Positions 44,317 through 48,820 of a stretch of 48,820 nucleotides of DNA are shown here, piece by piece. The translations under genes were made by a program, and so were the position numbers. This stretch comes from a virus (taxonomy: Duplodnaviria > Caudoviricetes), in the IMG/VR virus record IMGVR_UViG_3300006736_000008, positions 1 to 48,820 of that record; one strand, written 5' to 3'. Position 1 is the first letter of the stretch, and each line of letters begins with the position of its first letter. Below the pieces are notes generated by a model, which searched no databases, had not been told where the DNA came from, and saw only the letters and a program-made list of their open reading frames with translations.

Positions 44317-45533
44317 TCGCCGGTTGATATTTCTTCAAGCGTAAGCTGAAAACTGCATAATCTCGACAGGTAATCTCTGATAACCTGTGGCTCAGGATTC
44401 CAGTTATCTTCTATGTTTATTATGGCATCTATGATATCTGGTCTGTCCATCGAAGCCTGTTGGCATACACCTTCAGCGTTGTTCATCAGGTGGTTTCCAC
44501 AGGTGATACAGGGCAGACCGATAATAACCGCCTCATTAAATGAATTGCTGTTATAGCCAATCATGTACTTAGCTTCAGCGAAATCATCAGCCAAGCTGAC
44601 CGCTTTTCCACCATGCACCTCTACTAATCCGGCCTGACTGTCTGGAATTGTATAGGCGTGTTCTTCTATGGTGTGACCCATCGGGTGAGTTCTTACGATT
44701 ACCTTTCTGTTGTTACCGACTTCATCCAGTGCTTTCAGTATTTCGTTCGTCCAGTTCACAGGGCTGTATTCATATTCACCGTGAACCTGAGCGTCACCGG
44801 CTACCTGATGAATCAGCAATACATTACCGTCACTGGGCTGTATTTGTTCTTCTCTGTTTGGATGTTGTTTTTCCCAATGTGCCTGAGCCATACTTATTAG
44901 CTGGTCTTTTAGTTTGGGCTTGAGAAAACGTAGGGTCATAACGGAGTTGACCTTATTGATGTATTCTACCAGCTCCGCTTTTTTCATTTTCTTAAAATTG
45001 GGTATTTCTTCGGGTTTGTGTTTCGGCTGTGGTGCTGGTTCGTTCGTCCATAACTCCCTGTTTTCATCAGTTATCGTTTTAATGGTTTTCGATGCTTCTC
45101 TTGTGCCGATTAAGTCATAATTCACCCCCACCAGTTTCGCCATGCGTTTGTTCATGGCAGATGTTACCTTCTTTGTTCCCAACTCCTTATGAAAATGAGC
45201 GAAAGGGCCGAAGCTGCCACTCGATGAAAAGTGGTAATGCTCCATCCGCTTAATCCACCCACGTTCCACACAGATAGCTACCTTCCCCATCTTCTCGATA
45301 AATAGACGGCATAGATACCTGTTGCCTTTCTGCCCGTTCCAAAATATGTACCCATCGGCATCAGTAGGCAGTTCGTTCGGACTCATGGACTCCATAGCGA
45401 TAAATTCAATCTCATGTCCGATGTTCTGAAGCCCTTTTACCACGTGCGTCCAGAACCTCTGCTTCCAACTCCTTGCGGTATCGCCGATTGGGATAGCCTT
45501 GTTATAATCGACAACAGTTATCTTCATGCTCAA
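44292..45533 (-). CDS. KpsS/KpsC-like (Capsule_synth) glycosyltransferase
   Basis: FWNG, ERGW, HQVAGDAQ, VRTHP, YNSNSFNEAVIIGLPCITCG. Confidence 0.78.
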   Translation of the reverse strand: MSMKITVVDYNKAIPIGDTARSWKQRFWTHVVKGLQNIGHEIEFIAMESMSPNELPTDADGYIFWNGQKGNRYLCRLFIEKMGKVAICVERGWIKRMEHYHFSSSGSFGPFAHFHKELGTKKVTSAMNKRMAKLVGVNYDLIGTREASKTIKTITDENRELWTNEPAPQPKHKPEEIPNFKKMKKAELVEYINKVNSVMTLRFLKPKLKDQLISMAQAHWEKQHPNREEQIQPSDGNVLLIHQVAGDAQVHGEYEYSPVNWTNEILKALDEVGNNRKVIVRTHPMGHTIEEHAYTIPDSQAGLVEVHGGKAVSLADDFAEAKYMIGYNSNSFNEAVIIGLPCITCGNHLMNNAEGVCQQASMDRPDIIDAIINIEDNWNPEPQVIRDYLSRLCSFQLTLEEISTGDCLKVFFK

Positions 45534-46206
45534 ATACCTCTTGCCATTCCATCCTCTTAATTGACCTTACTCTGGTCAGCGGTGAACAATTCACCAAATC
45601 AACATTGAACTCTTTCAGGTTCTCTACCAAGTCACCAAAAAACTTATCGAACCGCTTACTGTATCTGTGTCTTGGTTCGGTATAATCCAAACCAAATAAT
45701 GCTATTCGTTTCGGGGCCGTTTCATTCACAAGCCAGTTGACTGCTGCTTGCATACTGGTCAAGCCGTATTTGATGACTCCACGTTCCCTCACCCATTCTG
45801 TCGTATGGTCAAAATACAAATCGGAATCGGTGGAAACCCGATTCACAGTTGCCATCAGTCGTAACGGTTTCAGGTCAGGCTCTTTGTTGTTCCAAATCTC
45901 CCTGACTCCCGGATAGTTACTTGACTTGTCCTGATTGCGTATATCATCTATGGCAAGCCAGATGTCGGTTGTGAAGTTGTTGCGTTTCACTGGTACAAAT
46001 GTAGGAAAACCATTTACGCAAATAGACAGGAAATCCCTAGCCCTGTTCCAGAACTCGTCAGGGTATTCAAATATACTTGGGCCGCATCCAAACACAAGTG
46101 CAAGCGATGTACCGAAATAGCATTTCAACCATGTCGGTACATCGCTAACCAAACTACATAATTCTTCAGGATACGGCTCAGTGGGCATCTCTAATTGAGT
46201 CGCCAT
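45502..46206 (-). CDS. Maf/CstII-like (sialyltransferase-fold) glycosyltransferase
   Basis: GCGPSI, CVN, IALFGLD, LVNCSP. Confidence 0.72.
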   Translation of the reverse strand: MATQLEMPTEPYPEELCSLVSDVPTWLKCYFGTSLALVFGCGPSIFEYPDEFWNRARDFLSICVNGFPTFVPVKRNNFTTDIWLAIDDIRNQDKSSNYPGVREIWNNKEPDLKPLRLMATVNRVSTDSDLYFDHTTEWVRERGVIKYGLTSMQAAVNWLVNETAPKRIALFGLDYTEPRHRYSKRFDKFFGDLVENLKEFNVDLVNCSPLTRVRSIKRMEWQEVFEHEDNCCRL

Positions 46207-46209
46207 ACC

Positions 46210-47256
46210 TTATCCATTAGTAATCAGTTTGACACATTTGCACTCTTTGTGGTCGCTGTAAACTTCATCCCAGTTGGACTTCGTGCCGAGTTGAGCGTCA
46301 GTCGGATTCGCTGTCGTAACGTTCCACTTGATACTATTCAGGTGGCAACAGTAATCCACTTCGGCCCTCATTTTACGAACCACGCCACGTGCGTCGTCGA
46401 TGTCATCCTGCTCAAAGAGCGTTAAGGCTCTCTGGTATCCGACATATAACGCCTCCGGCCCCAGCAACAGGGTTTCGTACTTGGTCTTATAGGTGTACGT
46501 CGAACCTGTCATGGAAATCGAGCTTATGTCATCGTCGGCAATTATAATCATGCCCAGTGCGTCAAAGCTGATAATGCCGAAATTGACAATCTTCTTGATT
46601 GCCGAAGCGTCCATTCCACCGACACCGACCAGTTTTCCGGCAAGGCTGTCAATCTTGTAGTTACTTATGCCGTCTTTAACCAGATTGTTAAAAGGCGTAC
46701 TGTGCATAACCGCTACAGTCAAGTCACCGGCCCTGTCACCCATTTTTGCTTTAGCGTCCTGCAATCGAGTGAACGTCATGGTGTTATTGGACGAAGCACT
46801 ATAATCGTCCTTGATGTGGATGTCGGCACTGGCAGTTGACCCATCAGTCGTATCAGCTACCTCAACCGCTGTTTTGGCGACACGGTAAAGTTGCTGTTTC
46901 AGACGACGGAACCACTTCAGTCCGACTCTCGCTGCCCAGTAGTTACGGAAATTAGTACCGACACGCTCGATGTTGCCGTAAGGGAATGAATCAGCAATAT
47001 CATCGTGCAGAATAACTCCTGATTCGACGATATTGCCCATATCAGTGAATGAACGTGTCGCTCCAGTTGTCGTGACATTACGCCTCGCAAAAGAGCTTAT
47101 GTCGTTCACCTTCGGTATCTGGATGAAATTACCTTCTCTGGTAATGTCATCGTTATTGCCGACTACCGCTATTCCCAAATCTTCCAGAATCTTGACCGCC
47201 TTGAGAAACGGAACCATCACCCAAGGGGCATAATGTTGAACAGGTGTATATGCCAT
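46210..47256 (-). CDS. Major capsid protein
   Basis: After scaffold; EGNFIQIP, KMGD..GDL.VAVMHS, NPTDAQLGTKSNW motifs; AAGGAG RBS favours ATG at 47256. Confidence 0.88.
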   Translation of the reverse strand: MAYTPVQHYAPWVMVPFLKAVKILEDLGIAVVGNNDDITREGNFIQIPKVNDISSFARRNVTTTGATRSFTDMGNIVESGVILHDDIADSFPYGNIERVGTNFRNYWAARVGLKWFRRLKQQLYRVAKTAVEVADTTDGSTASADIHIKDDYSASSNNTMTFTRLQDAKAKMGDRAGDLTVAVMHSTPFNNLVKDGISNYKIDSLAGKLVGVGGMDASAIKKIVNFGIISFDALGMIIIADDDISSISMTGSTYTYKTKYETLLLGPEALYVGYQRALTLFEQDDIDDARGVVRKMRAEVDYCCHLNSIKWNVTTANPTDAQLGTKSNWDEVYSDHKECKCVKLITNG

Positions 47257-47301
47257 TGCTAGCACTCCTTGTTCTGCGATAACTCAGGTTGTCGATTTAC
47301 G

Positions 47302-48192
47302 TTAGGACGTAGGGGCCATGATGGAATCTTCGTAGGCTTTCATAGCCTTCTGGCATCCAACTGCGTCTTGTTCCATCCATTTCTCGTAAAGTACAGGGTC
47401 ATTCATGGCCTTCTCAGCCGTGAATTCGCCTTCATCACCACTGGCTCCACCACCTTCACCGCCACCAGAACCTTGACGCATTTGAGTTTCGACAATAGCA
47501 GGATTATTCTTGACCACATAGTCAAGGAATTCCTCTACCGGCATATCTTTTTTAAGCGTCTTTGGTTCAACATTTTGTAGCGGATTCGGAAATTCGACTT
47601 CCTTCGCTATCATGTTGCCATTGTCATCAAAAACCACTTTGGCTGCTACTCCGGCAGCAACCAAATCCATTGTTTCAGGTAAGACCTTTCTGGACTGCAA
47701 TCCTGTCTTGATTGTTAGAAGTTTCTCGCTGTCCTGTCTTACCTTCTCACGTTGTGCCATTTGCTCCTGATTCTTCTGGTTTTCGACGAAGTTCTTTGCC
47801 AAGTCTGCTACTGTCAGGCTGAGACCTCCCGGCATTTCGACTGACTGACCAAGTAATTCCCCTTTGTCAATAGGTTTACCTGAACCTGCGTTACCTCTGT
47901 CAGTCTGGTCTTTAGTACCGAGCTTTTTGAAAGCCTCATCCACCTGTCGCTTAGTGGCGCCGGTTATTTCGGTCGAGATACCCTGTTTCATGTCACCGAC
48001 TGACGTTTTAATCATATCGGATATCGGGTCTTTGAGATTCGCCAAAACCGTCGCCGTGATAGCTTCAACATCTTTGGTTTTCAAACTCCTGTCACCATCG
48101 CCACCGCTGTTAGCAGTATCACCGGCATTTTGATTCTGGTTGCCGCCATCACCAGCACCAGCACCAGTATTTGTGCTGTCATTATCAGCCAT
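47302..48192 (-). CDS. Capsid scaffolding protein
   Basis: G/N/D-rich N-terminus, coiled coil, GSGGG near C-terminus, between portal and MCP. Confidence 0.75.
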   Translation of the reverse strand: MADNDSTNTGAGAGDGGNQNQNAGDTANSGGDGDRSLKTKDVEAITATVLANLKDPISDMIKTSVGDMKQGISTEITGATKRQVDEAFKKLGTKDQTDRGNAGSGKPIDKGELLGQSVEMPGGLSLTVADLAKNFVENQKNQEQMAQREKVRQDSEKLLTIKTGLQSRKVLPETMDLVAAGVAAKVVFDDNGNMIAKEVEFPNPLQNVEPKTLKKDMPVEEFLDYVVKNNPAIVETQMRQGSGGGEGGGASGDEGEFTAEKAMNDPVLYEKWMEQDAVGCQKAMKAYEDSIMAPTS

Positions 48193-48247
48193 CTTTAGTC
48201 TCCTAAATAGCTACTGTATAGTTCTTTACGGTAAACCAACTCTACCG

Positions 48248-48820
48248 TTATGTTTCCTGTGCCACTGGTTCTTCTTCCTCAAAACCTGTCAATTCCTGAC
48301 TCAGTTGTTCCTTCTCATGTTCATCCTCAATCAGTTTGGCAAAGGTGTTCTTCTCCTCCGGCTCCAAACCGTCAAAGGCAATCATGCGGTTGAATATCGT
48401 GGCCTTCAGCTTCGCTATAATCTCAGGTGGAAAGTTCGATTCTACCGCAAAATCATACTCCTCCTGAAGAGCGTTAAACGGTGCAACTATACGTGGTTGA
48501 GGATAAGAAGCCTTAGCCGTTGAATCGTTCGCTCCTGCTGTCCGGCATACCAATTTGAGCAAATCAGTATCGAACAATGACATAACCATACTTAAATACT
48601 CTAGTTGCGGAGCCAAGTCCATCATATAACTCAGGGCTTTGTGGATTCCGCTTTGTTCTCCCAACCTATGTTGTTCACCCCAGATATCCGCTGCCTCAAA
48701 CCCTGCTTGGTCAACCGCTATCTTTCGGTAATCTGCCGATGCTTCCTTGAGCTTATCTATCGGCCCTACATCAAGTGTCGAATAGCCGATTTCGGAGTTG
48801 TCACCCTTCAGCAAATGATA
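48248..48820 (-). CDS. Portal protein, C-terminal part; enters from window end
   Basis: Frame open to position 48820 (YHLLKGDNSEIGY...SGIHKAL); acidic tail; precedes scaffold. Confidence 0.75.
   Translation of the reverse strand, partial: YHLLKGDNSEIGYSTLDVGPIDKLKEASADYRKIAVDQAGFEAADIWGEQHRLGEQSGIHKALSYMMDLAPQLEYLSMVMSLFDTDLLKLVCRTAGANDSTAKASYPQPRIVAPFNALQEEYDFAVESNFPPEIIAKLKATIFNRMIAFDGLEPEEKNTFAKLIEDEHEKEQLSQELTGFEEEEPVAQET

Noticed and set aside
910-48192. Stop-codon reassignment
   Set aside because: Standard code gives intact, tightly coupled genes ending in TAA, TAG and TGA.
402-48523. Plus-strand ORFs in the track (e.g. 35688..36476, 37480..38058, 11512..12012)
   Set aside because: They lie almost entirely antisense to coherent minus-strand genes and lack recognisable motifs; treated as shadow ORFs.

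Overview
This is a near-complete, circularly permuted genome of a tailed dsDNA phage (siphovirus-like), with essentially every credible gene on the minus strand. The portal gene is split across the two window ends. Late module: TerS, TerL, portal, scaffold, major capsid, then a Maf-like/KpsS-like glycosyltransferase plus methyltransferase cassette, head-tail adaptor, split MuF with a C-terminal ADP-ribosyltransferase, two paralogous tail-tube genes, a frameshifted tail chaperone, tape measure and tail-tip/receptor-binding genes. Early/middle module: small host-takeover-type ORFs behind near-consensus sigma70 promoters, HTH and RHH regulators, a replication initiator with internal iterons, RecB-like exonuclease, RecT, SMC/Rad50-like ATPase, DnaA-domain-IV protein, RuvC, ASCH, and a ParB/TAGT-glycosyltransferase/PIG-L/epimerase DNA-modification cluster. 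I recognised no integrase, polymerase, endolysin, tRNA or CRISPR. The most striking unexplained signal is that early genes share extended RBS 'barcodes' (AAGGAGTAAC x11; AGGAGAACCGTT family x5; AGGAAACAAA x2), and the reverse complement of each barcode sits in or beside a hairpin at an operon 3' end. This suggests a phage-encoded antisense translational control system. All family calls come from motif recognition by eye, not database searches.
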